The translations under genes were made by a program, and so were the position numbers. The notes under the pieces were generated by a model. That model was not told where the DNA came from. It ran no database searches and saw only the letters and a list, made by a program, of their open reading frames with translations. A DNA stretch of 64,000 nucleotides from an uncultured bacterium (lineage in GTDB: Bacteria; Babelota; Babeliae; Babelales; Babelaceae), in assembly GCA_963722385.1 (NCBI GenBank), contig CAVRKK010000002.1, positions 896,001-960,000 on the forward strand. The letters run 5' to 3'. Of this stretch, positions 11,399 to 21,150 are shown piece after piece. Every line of letters starts with the position of its first letter. The stretch's first letter is position 1.

Positions 11399-11950
11399 CT
11401 ATTGACTCGATGTTTCGCTTAACGCAAGAGCTTGTGTTATCACCATGGACTGATTATGCCATTGCCGAGCTAATTCATGCAAGGCATTTACTACTTTTTC
11501 ATTGCTTGTTTGCTTTGCGAGCGCTTTGAATTGTTTTGCTGCCAATGCTGCTTCCTCGGCTTTAATAGCAAACCAGTCTTTTAAGAATTTGCCATGACCT
11601 AGAGAAGTCGTTTGTTTTGCCATAGGCAAACTATAGAGCATTCCGCTGAGTTTAAGGGCATTGCGAGCGATCTCGTTTAAAGCTGGCGAGGTGTCTTTTT
11701 GGTCTTGTTCAATTTCTGCTGCCATGAGGCGCAACATTGCCGCCCTAATGTGCAACCACCACTCGCTCAGTTTGGTCGGGTCAGTGACCATCTTATTCTG
11801 AAACTCTCTTAATACATAAGCTAATTGTTCGGACTCTTCTAGAGTTTTCATGCGGTTAAGCGCATCTGCATGGACATTATTTGCAAGCGCTACGCTCGCT
11901 TGAAGAGCTAAGATGCTTGCTGCAATGTTGAGAAATAATTTTTTTCCCAT
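11399..11950 (-). CDS. Hypothetical exported alpha-helical protein
   Basis: Signal peptide ending ALA; AAGGAG RBS upstream; no recognised domain. Confidence 0.7.
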   Translation of the reverse strand: MGKKLFLNIAASILALQASVALANNVHADALNRMKTLEESEQLAYVLREFQNKMVTDPTKLSEWWLHIRAAMLRLMAAEIEQDQKDTSPALNEIARNALKLSGMLYSLPMAKQTTSLGHGKFLKDWFAIKAEEAALAAKQFKALAKQTSNEKVVNALHELARQWHNQSMVITQALALSETSSQ

Positions 11951-12639
11951 ACCAATCTCCTTGTTTTATAGTTAATTTCTGAATGGAATCACAAAAAATA
12001 AATACAAATAGATTATTTCATAATTTAATTATATAAAAGCCATATTACAGAAGTCAACAATCCTTGAGGAATCCCCTACGGCTATCGCAACTGAACTGGC
12101 ATGAAAACTATCTTTTTTATCAAAGGTGCGCTCCGTCGAATTAGAAAGCATCATGGGAACGCTATTTTCAATATGGCTCCTTAATAATTAAAAACATTCT
12201 TTATTATTTAATAGTAGAATTTTATAATGGGAAAAATCAAATGTTTGCGTAGAAAGCCCATTGTCTCTGAGTTTTTATTAAAGTACTGCGAGGCCAAATT
12301 ATGGCAACTAGAGTAGAAAATATTGACTTTGTCAATAATAAAATTTTAAAATAAATAAAACAAGCAGACAAGACAGTTAAATCTATAGGAGAGCGATGAA
12401 AATCAAAAACCAATCAATAGTACTTATTCTTTGCTTATTTTAACTTGGGGGACGAAAAGCCAAGATGCTGGGGAATATAGTAAATGGAAGCAGCTTAAGC
12501 AGGAGACATGGGAACAAGAAACCGAAAAGTTGTCGATTCCTGAGCAAGCATAGTAAGTTTTTTTAATAAGCCAACTGTACTTTAAGGCGTATTTATATTA
12601 ATATAATTATAATAGTAAAAATATGGACAAGGATAAATT

Positions 12640-14505
12640 ATGAAAATAATGAAGCGCTCTTTATTTGCTTTGCTCATTCTGTTGCTTGGAGGGCTAGCTC
12701 CTTATTTATCAGCGATGGAGCATGATAACGAAGAAGAGGAAGAAGAGGTAGTTCCTGAAGAAAAACATCAGGCTGGTCGAGGAAAGAAGCGTCCTGCTTC
12801 AATTGAGCAAGGGAGTGTGAAAGAGGAGCCAATAAAGAAACAGCAAAAGCGGATTGAAGCACAAGAAGCATTAATTCAAGCGCATCGAAAAATTAAAAAA
12901 GACGCTGAGCGCGCATTATTAGTAGCAATTGCTCGCTATAATCTTGCAGCAGTTAAAATAAATCTCGCTTTTGGCGCGAATGTAAATGCCGCTATACTTG
13001 ATCCTGAAAGCGGAATTACTGATCCTGCAACCGGAGTCGTTGACCCTTTCAAATACTCAGCGCTTTATATACTTTTGCTACCTAGAGATAATGTGACGCA
13101 GCAACAGTTTCCTATTAATGGGTTACTATCTCTTGCTCCGAATCAGCCTTTACCCGCTTCTTATATGCCAAATGTCTTTAAGGTGACCGATATCCTTAAG
13201 CTTCTTCTATCTCGAGGAGCAGATGTTAATCAATTATCAGGGAGAGTGAGAGTAACCCCCCTTGTTCAAACAATTCACGCTTTCCCTGATTTGGTACCTC
13301 TTTTGATTGAAAATGGTGCTGATGTTCTGCAACGAGAGCTTAAAGGGAGGCATTTGCCAATATATTATGCAGCCCGTACGGGAGAAACATTAACAGCCCG
13401 TACGGGAGAAACATTAGTAGACACTTTGCTAACATGGGGCGCTCGTATTAATGATCCAACAAATGCTAATCAAGGCCCTCTTGCGGTTTCGCTTAAGAAG
13501 AACACGATGTCGCTGACTTTATGGCTTGTGCAACATGGCGCTATTGTTGATCAAAACGGTGAGCTACAAACGATGCTTCTTAACCAATTTTCTTCGCCGA
13601 TTATTAAAGCGCTCTTAGCAGGTGATCACGAAGAAGTCCTCCGTATGTTGAGTGACCTTGATACAGCAGATCAGGAAGAATTAGCCTTTATGATGCCCAT
13701 AACTTTCAGCATCGCGAGTGGTCGGGGTTATAAACCTGTTGCTGAATATATTTTGCAGCATTTTAAGAGTGTGCTTAATCAAAAAGATCGTGCACAAGCT
13801 TTTTATGCTGCCGTAATTAATAATCATATTGATCTTGCCACGTCGATTTATCAGTCGCTCAATTCTGAAAGCACCGAGACTGTGCGCAAAGCTTTTATCA
13901 CCGCTGCGGCGCACGGCTATAATGAGATTCTTTCATTTATGCTTGCTCAACCCTATAACATGATTGACGATAGTACTTTAAGAGAGGCTTTTGTGCGTTG
14001 TGCCTATGCCGATAATCTTGAGGGTGCTCGAATGCTTTTTGATAGGCTGCCCCGAAGTCAGGAAGGTTATTACCAAATTGATCAGCCATGGAAAGAGGCT
14101 CTGGATCGGGCTCTTTGGCTAGCGGCATTACGTGGCCATGTCAAAATGGTAGCATTTTTACTTGAAAGAAATTTTAACCTCAACTTAAATCTTAATTTAC
14201 GTGCAGTCTATCATCGCGTCCGTCTTCTTTTAACAAATGAGTATATGGATAGCGACCGAAGAGAGATATATGAAAAGATTCGAGACCTTCTGAGAAGCAA
14301 TGGGCGTGCGCTTGTTATCCGTGAGCTTGTGCTTGCGCCACATGGCCAACTGCCAGAACCAGCAAGCCCTGAAAGAGAGCCCAGCCTGCCGGAGCTATCA
14401 GAACGGATGGGAGCGCTTGGAACACCCAGGTTTGTCCCCTCGATGGTAGGTATAATACCTGAAACTCGATATGAAATCGCACGCGCTATGACGTGGCTTC
14501 CCTAA
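12640..14505 (+). CDS. Ankyrin-repeat protein with signal peptide, acidic tract and NLS-like basic motif
   Basis: GANVNA, LLLSRGADVN, LLIENGADV repeats; signal peptide ending LSA-ME; EEEEEE then GRGKKRP...KKQQKR. Confidence 0.85.
   Translation: MKIMKRSLFALLILLLGGLAPYLSAMEHDNEEEEEEVVPEEKHQAGRGKKRPASIEQGSVKEEPIKKQQKRIEAQEALIQAHRKIKKDAERALLVAIARYNLAAVKINLAFGANVNAAILDPESGITDPATGVVDPFKYSALYILLLPRDNVTQQQFPINGLLSLAPNQPLPASYMPNVFKVTDILKLLLSRGADVNQLSGRVRVTPLVQTIHAFPDLVPLLIENGADVLQRELKGRHLPIYYAARTGETLTARTGETLVDTLLTWGARINDPTNANQGPLAVSLKKNTMSLTLWLVQHGAIVDQNGELQTMLLNQFSSPIIKALLAGDHEEVLRMLSDLDTADQEELAFMMPITFSIASGRGYKPVAEYILQHFKSVLNQKDRAQAFYAAVINNHIDLATSIYQSLNSESTETVRKAFITAAAHGYNEILSFMLAQPYNMIDDSTLREAFVRCAYADNLEGARMLFDRLPRSQEGYYQIDQPWKEALDRALWLAALRGHVKMVAFLLERNFNLNLNLNLRAVYHRVRLLLTNEYMDSDRREIYEKIRDLLRSNGRALVIRELVLAPHGQLPEPASPEREPSLPELSERMGALGTPRFVPSMVGIIPETRYEIARAMTWLP
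13370..13416 (+). repeat. In-frame 24-bp tandem duplication inside ankyrin gene
   Basis: CAGCCCGTACGGGAGAAACATTA at 13370 and 13394; protein ARTGETLT-ARTGETL. Confidence 0.9.
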
Positions 14506-14569
14506 GGCGAATAGCAGAAGCTAATTTATTAAAGCGCCTCCTCAAGGCTCTTAATCTTGCTAAAAAGCG

Positions 14570-14750
14570 CGGCTGAATGCCTAATCGCTCCGCCTTGTAG
14601 GTTAGCATATGTCTTATTTGCCCGTGATTCATTTGATGTATTTTTTGGTTTGCTTTACTTCCTAGATCAGTGTTTTGCCTTATATTACGTATATTGCCAA
14701 TATGCAATTACGATTCAAACGACATTACGCTGTTTAAGGTAAATTCTGAG
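14570..14750 (-). pseudogene. tnpB: Fragment of IS200/IS605-family TnpB (RuvC region)
   Basis: IGNIRNIRQNTDLGSKANQKIHQMNHGQIRHMLTYKAERLGI resembles the TnpB 'IGDL..IR...NQK.HQW....R..L.YKA...GI' segment; flanking frame disrupted. Confidence 0.6.
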
Positions 14751-14846
14751 ACTTTGGAAGCAGGCGTTTCTTGCCCATTGCCCTGCGATTCGAACCACCC
14801 CCTCGAGAGCAGCATAAGTGCCTCTATCAGGTGTTGGCTTATGGCA

Positions 14847-14874
14847 TTGCAATTTTGAGCTAATAACGTATACT
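14847..14874 (+). promoter_or_regulatory. Putative sigma70 promoter for rpsB
   Basis: TTGCAA-16 nt-TATACT, about 120 nt upstream of rpsB. Confidence 0.45.
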
Positions 14875-14995
14875 AAAAAAGTAAGTTTCTTGTCATGATG
14901 ACAGGCAAAACCTTGTTTTTTAGTCAGGGTGGTTACTGGTAGCTTGTAAAGCGGCCATACCTAAAAAACAAGTTGATTAACCCTTGGAGGATTAC

Positions 14996-15919
14996 ATGAT
15001 TGATTTGAAAAAACTCATCGAGGCGGGTGTTCATTTTGGCCACCAGACGTGGCGTTGGAACCCGAGAATGAAGCCCTATATTTGGGGTGAAAAAAACTCT
15101 ATTCATCTGATTGATGTTTCCAAAACAGCACGCCAGATGGAAAAAGCAGCACAATTTCTTGAGCAGGTGGCCAAAGAAGGCAAGCCCATTTTATGGGTAG
15201 GCACCAAAAAACCCGCCCAGCAAGCGATATTAGATGTTGCTCAAAAGTTGAAAAATCCCTATGTTACTCACCGATGGATTGGTGGAACACTTACCAATTT
15301 CCCTCAGGTCAAGAAGTCGGTTACCAAGCTTTTGCACTATGAAGATGTCCTTGCCAAGGCTAATGAGCATTTTTATACAAAGAAGGAGCTTGGCCTGCTT
15401 CACAAAATGGCCGAGCGTCACCGCAAAAATGTCGGTGGTATTACGAAGCTCGTGTGGCCGATTGGGGCTCTGTTTGTCGTTGATGTTAAAAAAGAGCATA
15501 CTGCCGTGAAAGAGGCTGCTGCTGCCGGCGTTCCTATCGTTGCTATTGTGGATACCAATAGTGACCCATCGCTCATTGATTACGTGATACCAGCCAATGA
15601 TGATATCGTCCGTTCAATCAGTACCATTTTGACGTATGTTTCGGATGCTGTTGATCGAGGCTATGCGCAGGCAGAAAAACACCCAGGCGAGATCAGCACG
15701 GAAAGCTATGCTGAGCGTCTTGCTCTTGATTTAGCTGGCGAAGAAGAAGAGGAAAAGGCAGCGCGACCACGCCGTGGGCGCAATGCTCGAGGCCGTCGTT
15801 CTTCTGGGGGTGGCCGTGGACCAGTTCGTCGTGCCCCTGGCGCGCGTGAGGCAGGAAGCCCTCCACAAGCGGCGGCACCAGCTGCAGAAGAAAGTGCTCC
15901 TGCAACGCCGGTTGAATAA
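14996..15919 (+). CDS. rpsB: 30S ribosomal protein S2 with long C-terminal extension
   Basis: LIEAGVHFGH..WNPRM, RWIGGTLTNF, DTNSDP..IPANDD; GGAGG RBS before ATG 14996. Confidence 0.97.
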   Translation: MIDLKKLIEAGVHFGHQTWRWNPRMKPYIWGEKNSIHLIDVSKTARQMEKAAQFLEQVAKEGKPILWVGTKKPAQQAILDVAQKLKNPYVTHRWIGGTLTNFPQVKKSVTKLLHYEDVLAKANEHFYTKKELGLLHKMAERHRKNVGGITKLVWPIGALFVVDVKKEHTAVKEAAAAGVPIVAIVDTNSDPSLIDYVIPANDDIVRSISTILTYVSDAVDRGYAQAEKHPGEISTESYAERLALDLAGEEEEEKAARPRRGRNARGRRSSGGGRGPVRRAPGAREAGSPPQAAAPAAEESAPATPVE

Positions 15920-15924
15920 ATTAC

Positions 15925-16016
15925 GGAGAGGTGTCTGAGTGGTCGAAAGAGCACGATTGGAAATCGTGTATGCCCGTAACAGGGCATCGAGGGTTCGAAT
16001 CCCTCTCTCTCCACCA
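15925..16016 (+). tRNA. tRNA-Ser(GGA)
   Basis: Cloverleaf; anticodon arm CACGA-TT-GGA-AA-TCGTG, long variable arm, GGTTCGAATCC, CCA end. Confidence 0.95.
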
Positions 16017-16028
16017 GGTCATAAACTT

Positions 16029-16112
16029 AGGAAGCCTGTAAAGGGCAGTTGTTTAATCTGTCAGGTTCGAGAGAAAGCAGCAGGAGCAACCAAGCCTTTG
16101 TACAGGCTTCCT
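16029..16112 (+). ncRNA. ffs: SRP RNA (small bacterial 4.5S type)
   Basis: Long hairpin AGGAAGCCTGTA...TACAGGCTTCCT with helix-8 motif TCAGG-TTC-GAGA-GAA-AGCAGC; tRNA-Ser/ffs/dnaX order. Confidence 0.88.
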
Positions 16113-16182
16113 TTTTGGTTAATTGCGACAGTTTTTCTGTTATACTGATAACGTAGAAGAAAAACGTAATTGGGATGGTTGT

Positions 16183-17859
16183 ATGGATAACGCAGCGCTT
16201 AACCTGGCACGCGCATGGCGCTCTAAGACCTTTGATGAGATCATTGGGCAAGACCTTGCTGTCAGGCTCGTTAAAAACAGCCTCTTTAAGCAGCAGCTAT
16301 TCCCTGTTTATTTGCTTGCTGGTCAGCGGGGCTGTGGCAAAACGACGCTGGGAAGAGTTTTTGCAGCGGCAATTAATTGCGCTTTGCGTGACTCTTTCTC
16401 ACAACGCCCCCATGAGGTTGCCTTGCCCTGCTTAGCATGCCCATCATGTACGGCGATGCGCAACGGTGCACATCCTGACTTTTACGAGATTGATGCAGCA
16501 TCGCATACAGGTGTTGATAATGTGCGCGGGCTCATTGAGGCTGCGTCGTTTTTACCTGTGCTCGGCGCTAAAAAAATATATCTTATTGATGAAGCACATA
16601 TGCTGAGCAAAGCAGCATTTAATGCATTTCTCAAGATTCTTGAAGAACCACCTGCTCGGGTTGTCTTTATGTTGGCAACCACTGACCCCCACAAAATCTT
16701 GGATACGGTGCGTTCGCGCTGTTTTCAGCTTTTTCTTAATCCCATTGAGGTTGCCATTTTGCAGCAACACTTGAGCGTTATTTGCCAAAAAGAAGGACTA
16801 CCCTATGAGGATGAAGCTTTGCTTGCCATAGCTCTTGAGGCAGAAGGGTCGGTGCGTGATGCGCTCAACCTTCTTGAACGGTTGCGGCTTGGTTACGACG
16901 TGATAACATCTCAAGCGGTACTTAGTATACAAGGCGATATTGGTTATGAGGCAATTTTCGACCTCTTTGAGGCGGCATTTACGGCGCCGCCTGCCGTGCT
17001 GCTCGCCAATCTTGAAAAAGCAAGCATTAAGCAGCATGCAGGGGCACATCTTTGGAAAAAGATGGCTGAAGCCTTACGCGCCTTGATCGGTGCTTGTGTT
17101 GGTACGTTGCCCGCCGCCTTTATGCTTTATCACAACCGAGTGAGCGCTCTTGCGCGCAAGCTTTCTCTGGAGCAGTTGGTGGGAGCACTTGAGCTTTGGT
17201 ACCACCTGGAACCATTGTTTCTTAAGACGCAGCTCGCTGATGTGTTTGTTGAGATGGCATTGCTTCAGGTTAATCAAAAATTTTTACGAGCAAAGACCAA
17301 TGCCCAGCCCGAAAGTCCGCCAATTATCGAAAGCAGGCAGGCTCAAACAGCCCAGCCGAAGGATCAAGCAATAGCACATACACTGGAAACAGCACCCTGG
17401 CAACAATTCATTGAGCGCTTAAAAAAAGAGGATGACCCTCTGGTCCTTTCCATCTTTCGGCAAGCCGCTTTTATTGGCTATCAGGTGCCGAGCGTTAAAG
17501 TTCGTTTTGGTCAAAATCTGGTGTTTTTTAAAGAACTTCTGGTACAAACGACGACTGTCTGGCAGCCACTCTTAGCAGCGATTTTTGGCAATGAAGCGCT
17601 GCTTGATCCTGAGTTTACGGATAGCGCGTCTATTCCTCCACAAAAAATAAACTCTGAGGTGCCGCGCCCTAGGCTCGGAGAACAACAAAAAGAAGCTCAT
17701 CAGGTAACGGATGTCACCGGTACATTATCTGCTCCCGCACAAAAAGCAGCGTCATCACGATTGATTGGACAGGACTTGAAAAATAGTGAGCGATGGAAAA
17801 AAGTGCATACGGTTTTACGTATCTTTCCAGGCATCGTAACGGAAGAAAGAGGATCGTGA
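16183..17859 (+). CDS. dnaX: DNA polymerase III subunit gamma/tau
   Basis: LARAWRSKTFDEIIGQ, GQRGCGKTT, EIDAAS, IDEAHMLS..AFNAFLKILEEPP, SRC. Confidence 0.96.
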   Translation: MDNAALNLARAWRSKTFDEIIGQDLAVRLVKNSLFKQQLFPVYLLAGQRGCGKTTLGRVFAAAINCALRDSFSQRPHEVALPCLACPSCTAMRNGAHPDFYEIDAASHTGVDNVRGLIEAASFLPVLGAKKIYLIDEAHMLSKAAFNAFLKILEEPPARVVFMLATTDPHKILDTVRSRCFQLFLNPIEVAILQQHLSVICQKEGLPYEDEALLAIALEAEGSVRDALNLLERLRLGYDVITSQAVLSIQGDIGYEAIFDLFEAAFTAPPAVLLANLEKASIKQHAGAHLWKKMAEALRALIGACVGTLPAAFMLYHNRVSALARKLSLEQLVGALELWYHLEPLFLKTQLADVFVEMALLQVNQKFLRAKTNAQPESPPIIESRQAQTAQPKDQAIAHTLETAPWQQFIERLKKEDDPLVLSIFRQAAFIGYQVPSVKVRFGQNLVFFKELLVQTTTVWQPLLAAIFGNEALLDPEFTDSASIPPQKINSEVPRPRLGEQQKEAHQVTDVTGTLSAPAQKAASSRLIGQDLKNSERWKKVHTVLRIFPGIVTEERGS

Positions 17860-17862
17860 CCC

Positions 17863-19182
17863 ATGGCTAAGCAAGCAACGGTTGCCATTGTTGGGCGCAT
17901 GAATGTTGGTAAATCGACACTTTTTAATAGGCTCTCAAGCGCGGTTAAAACGCTCACCCTTGATTACGCGGGAGTAACGCGTGACATCATAAAGGACCAT
18001 GTTGAGTGGCGGGGCAAAAGCTTTGAGCTGATTGATACGGGTGGTATAAGCTTGCGTAAAAGTACGGATGAAATTGTTGAGAAGGTCCGCCAGTACGTCA
18101 TAGATTTAATACAAGAAGCGACTATTATTTTATTTGTTATCGATGGAACGGTTGGAGTTACCCTCGAAGAACGCGAGATTGCAGGCTTACTCCATGAGGC
18201 GGCAAAAAACGTTATTGTTGTTGTCAACAAGGCTGATCGTGCTCAAGCACATGAATTCAGCCATGAGGCACATGCGCTCGGCTATAAAGATGTGGTGGCT
18301 ATTTCGGCATCGCATGGTACAGGGATTGATGAACTTCTTGAAACTATCGTCGAAAAGCTGCCAGAAATCACGAAACTGGAGCATGAAAAAGCAGCCTATC
18401 GTGTAATGTTGCTCGGCAGGCCAAATGTAGGCAAATCGTCACTTATGAATGCTTTGCTCAGCTATGAGCGCTCTATCGTCTCAGCTCAGCCGGGTACAAC
18501 GCGCGAGCCCGTTACTGAGTCAATTTCTTTTTATAAAGAGCATATAGCTCTTACGGATACTCCTGGCATACGACGTAAACGTGCTATCAATACAGAGCTC
18601 GAGACGATGATGATCAAGAGTGCTTTTGGAGAGCTTCGGGATACTGATATTGTTGTATTGCTTATTGACGCCACCCAGGGTGAAATTGTTGACCAGGACC
18701 TTAAACTTGCCTTTTATGCCTTCACGCAGCAATACAAATCGCTCATTATCCTGGTTAATAAATCTGATATTGTTACGCCTGACGAGCAAGCGGAGCTCGA
18801 AGACAGCCTGGAATCTTACCGCTATATCATGAAAAAAGTCCCACGGCTCAGTATTTCATGTAAAACGGGAAAAAACGTTGGTCGTGTATTGCCGCTCATT
18901 CACGAAGTGTGGCAGCGCGCTCATAAGGCATTAACACAAGCCGAGCTTACGGCGCTTTTTGTGAGCGCATTGAGTCGTAAGCCTTTGATGCGTGCGCAGC
19001 AAGCGTTGACACTTCATAAGGCATATCAGGTCAAGCAGGCACCTTTGACCGTGGTTCTTGAGGTTAACAAGCCACCATTATTTGGGCCATCGCAGATTGC
19101 ATTTTTTGAAAACATATTACGGCAGGCCTATAACTTGATAGGGGTTCCTATCCGCTTCGTTGTTCGCAAGCCGCAGGCATAG
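17863..19182 (+). CDS. der: Ribosome biogenesis GTPase Der/EngA
   Basis: Two G domains (GRMNVGKS, GRPNVGKS; DTGG, DTPG; NKAD, NKSD) and KH-like C-terminus. Confidence 0.96.
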   Translation: MAKQATVAIVGRMNVGKSTLFNRLSSAVKTLTLDYAGVTRDIIKDHVEWRGKSFELIDTGGISLRKSTDEIVEKVRQYVIDLIQEATIILFVIDGTVGVTLEEREIAGLLHEAAKNVIVVVNKADRAQAHEFSHEAHALGYKDVVAISASHGTGIDELLETIVEKLPEITKLEHEKAAYRVMLLGRPNVGKSSLMNALLSYERSIVSAQPGTTREPVTESISFYKEHIALTDTPGIRRKRAINTELETMMIKSAFGELRDTDIVVLLIDATQGEIVDQDLKLAFYAFTQQYKSLIILVNKSDIVTPDEQAELEDSLESYRYIMKKVPRLSISCKTGKNVGRVLPLIHEVWQRAHKALTQAELTALFVSALSRKPLMRAQQALTLHKAYQVKQAPLTVVLEVNKPPLFGPSQIAFFENILRQAYNLIGVPIRFVVRKPQA

Positions 19183-19260
19183 CAGCATGATGGCTTGTTT
19201 TTTGTTCTTGTTTGGGGGTATACTGCATAGGTGTCCCCATCGAAACTAAGGGAGCTGTGC

Positions 19261-19605
19261 ATGGATAATAAGGCAAAGGTGACGATAACATTTCGCCACA
19301 TGGATCACTCAAGTGCGCTTGAGGAACATACGCTCAATCAGCTAGCAAAACTTGATAAATTTATTGATCAAGAAAGAACTCCTATTTTTGTTGAGTGCGT
19401 GCTTGAAGCGCAACGCACCCATCATCACCACCGCGTAGAGCTACGAGTAAAGACCCCCCATTATACGCTTAACGCGCATAAAGAAGGGCCCGAGATTTAT
19501 CAAGTTGTTATAGAAGCTACTGATGCTATGTGTCATGAGCTGGGCAGAGCGAAACAGGAATTTGTCGAAAAGACTAAACAAGGGCGACCGCCACGACCGG
19601 GATAA
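19261..19605 (+). CDS. hpf: Ribosome hibernation promoting factor / RaiA family
   Basis: ITFRHMDHSSALEEH...LAKLDKF and later 'IY..I..A.D' pattern. Confidence 0.85.
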   Translation: MDNKAKVTITFRHMDHSSALEEHTLNQLAKLDKFIDQERTPIFVECVLEAQRTHHHHRVELRVKTPHYTLNAHKEGPEIYQVVIEATDAMCHELGRAKQEFVEKTKQGRPPRPG

Positions 19606-19609
19606 ACGG

Positions 19610-21031
19610 TTACGCCGCAAGAAGATGTATTTTTACTGCTTGGCCGATTGCAAATGTGCCAATGGCGATGAGCGCCACTGCCATAATGTACTGGTAATAC
19701 CGTAAACGGGTGCTATCGGAGGCACTGACAATCCTGGTATAGTAAATGCCGAGCATGAATACTATAGATCCGGCCAGCAAAAGCACCGCGTCAAAAGGCA
19801 TTAGCAAAGTTAGGTAATAACTAGCAAGCAGAAATGCCATAAGGCCGAACAAACGCTTCAGCTCGAGCTGCCAAGGACTTGCAATGGTATCGATACCGAG
19901 CTCAGTTGCGCGGCTCCGGGCGCGTATCATAAGCGCGATACCTATCCCGAGGCCAAAAAGCCCTCTCGTGAGTTCATGGTAAAATGCTGTACCTCTCTCG
20001 GGTGTTGCTATAATAAAAAGAAGGGCAAGGCCCGAAGCAGCATAAGGCACCGCTAGTATTCCCGCCGTTACGCCTGCAAACAGACAAGCAACAGATCGCT
20101 GAGCTATCTTAGCGAGCGCCTTGGTTGCTAAGTTAGTGAAGGGCAGTTGAAAGAGCCCTACCAACGAAAGCGCCGAAAAGCCAAGAATAATGACAAGAAA
20201 AATAGTAAACCAGAGATTGCCGAGGCCATATAATAAGCCTACAAGAGCTCTATCATAGACTATGGCAAGGCACAGGCAAAAGCCAACTATGCATATGGCA
20301 CGTTCAATGTGTGATGAGCGGCTTACATGAGCAACGCGTGCCAAGGGGACAAGCGGGTAGCCGTAAGGAGTGAAACCAAGCAGAAGCCCCAAAAGAAAAG
20401 CGATAATAAGAATTAAGCCAGTAGCGTAGGTTTTCGTATATGTAGCATACAGGCTGCTGATGGCTAAAAATTTTTTGTGCATAATTTCTAAGCAAGCCCT
20501 AAAATGTTGGTATGTTGATGGCTTGGCTGGGGCCTCCATAAGGGCATTTTTGGTTATAGGTAGTTGCTCTTGCCTGGGAAGGAAGGGAGCAAAGGAAGGC
20601 GGTGGCTTGACCGCTTGAGCTATGGGCTCTAAAGGCAGTGTTGTGTGGGGGCTAAGAGCAAAGATGACGTGCTCAGGCTTATTGTCTGGCAAACGCAGAT
20701 ATGAAAGGTGAAGATTGGTTCCTGATGGCAATTCAGGAGCTTGGCTTTGTAAAAAAACGGTAAAAATTTCTTTATTTTCAGCATGGGGTCGCTTATTACT
20801 TTGCCACGATGTTACGGTAACGCCGGGCTGATCAACCGAAAAGGTCACTGAATCCTCAACGGGTTCCTGGGTACCCTCAAGTGGTAAGGAAATAGTTGCT
20901 TTAAAATCGGTTGGCGAGACCTTTTCGAGATCTACCAATGCAGCATCGCACAAGATGCTCGGTAAAATGAGCGCAGCAAAAGCGAGTGAGTGGCGTGAAA
21001 AAAAAATTGTTTGCAATTTTCCCTGCATCAT
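19610..21031 (-). CDS. DsbD/CcdA-like membrane protein lacking catalytic cysteines
   Basis: Soluble N-domain then TM domain with AFLLGLLLGFTPYGYPLVP, AVPYAAS, LFGLGIG, W..ELKRLFG (DsbD-beta pattern); no thioredoxin domain. Confidence 0.7.
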   Translation of the reverse strand: MMQGKLQTIFFSRHSLAFAALILPSILCDAALVDLEKVSPTDFKATISLPLEGTQEPVEDSVTFSVDQPGVTVTSWQSNKRPHAENKEIFTVFLQSQAPELPSGTNLHLSYLRLPDNKPEHVIFALSPHTTLPLEPIAQAVKPPPSFAPFLPRQEQLPITKNALMEAPAKPSTYQHFRACLEIMHKKFLAISSLYATYTKTYATGLILIIAFLLGLLLGFTPYGYPLVPLARVAHVSRSSHIERAICIVGFCLCLAIVYDRALVGLLYGLGNLWFTIFLVIILGFSALSLVGLFQLPFTNLATKALAKIAQRSVACLFAGVTAGILAVPYAASGLALLFIIATPERGTAFYHELTRGLFGLGIGIALMIRARSRATELGIDTIASPWQLELKRLFGLMAFLLASYYLTLLMPFDAVLLLAGSIVFMLGIYYTRIVSASDSTRLRYYQYIMAVALIAIGTFAIGQAVKIHLLAA

Positions 21032-21074
21032 TTACAATAAAAATAGAGCATCTTCTTGCTCGTATTTGTTTAAA

Positions 21075-21150
21075 GGGGTTGTAGCTCAGTTGGTAGAGCG
21101 CATGGATGGCATTCATGAGGTCACCGGTTCGATCCCGGTCAACTCCACCA
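21075..21150 (+). tRNA. tRNA-Ala(GGC)
   Basis: GGGGTTG acceptor with G3-U70 pair, anticodon GGC, GGTTCGATCCC, CCA. Confidence 0.93.

Noticed and set aside
12396..12554. RBS plus signal-peptide-like start (MKIKNQSIVLILCLF*)
   Set aside because: Stops after 15 codons; probably a decayed gene but unassignable.
15706..16251. ORFs overlapping tRNA-Ser and ffs, likewise the ORF-track extensions over tRNAs at 52412-52888, 60545-60650 and 61045-61095
   Set aside because: Shadow ORFs over RNA genes; real starts were placed downstream.
16183..17859. Programmed -1 frameshift in dnaX producing gamma
   Set aside because: No in-frame A_AAA_AAG heptamer with a downstream hairpin identified with confidence; A-runs alone are insufficient.
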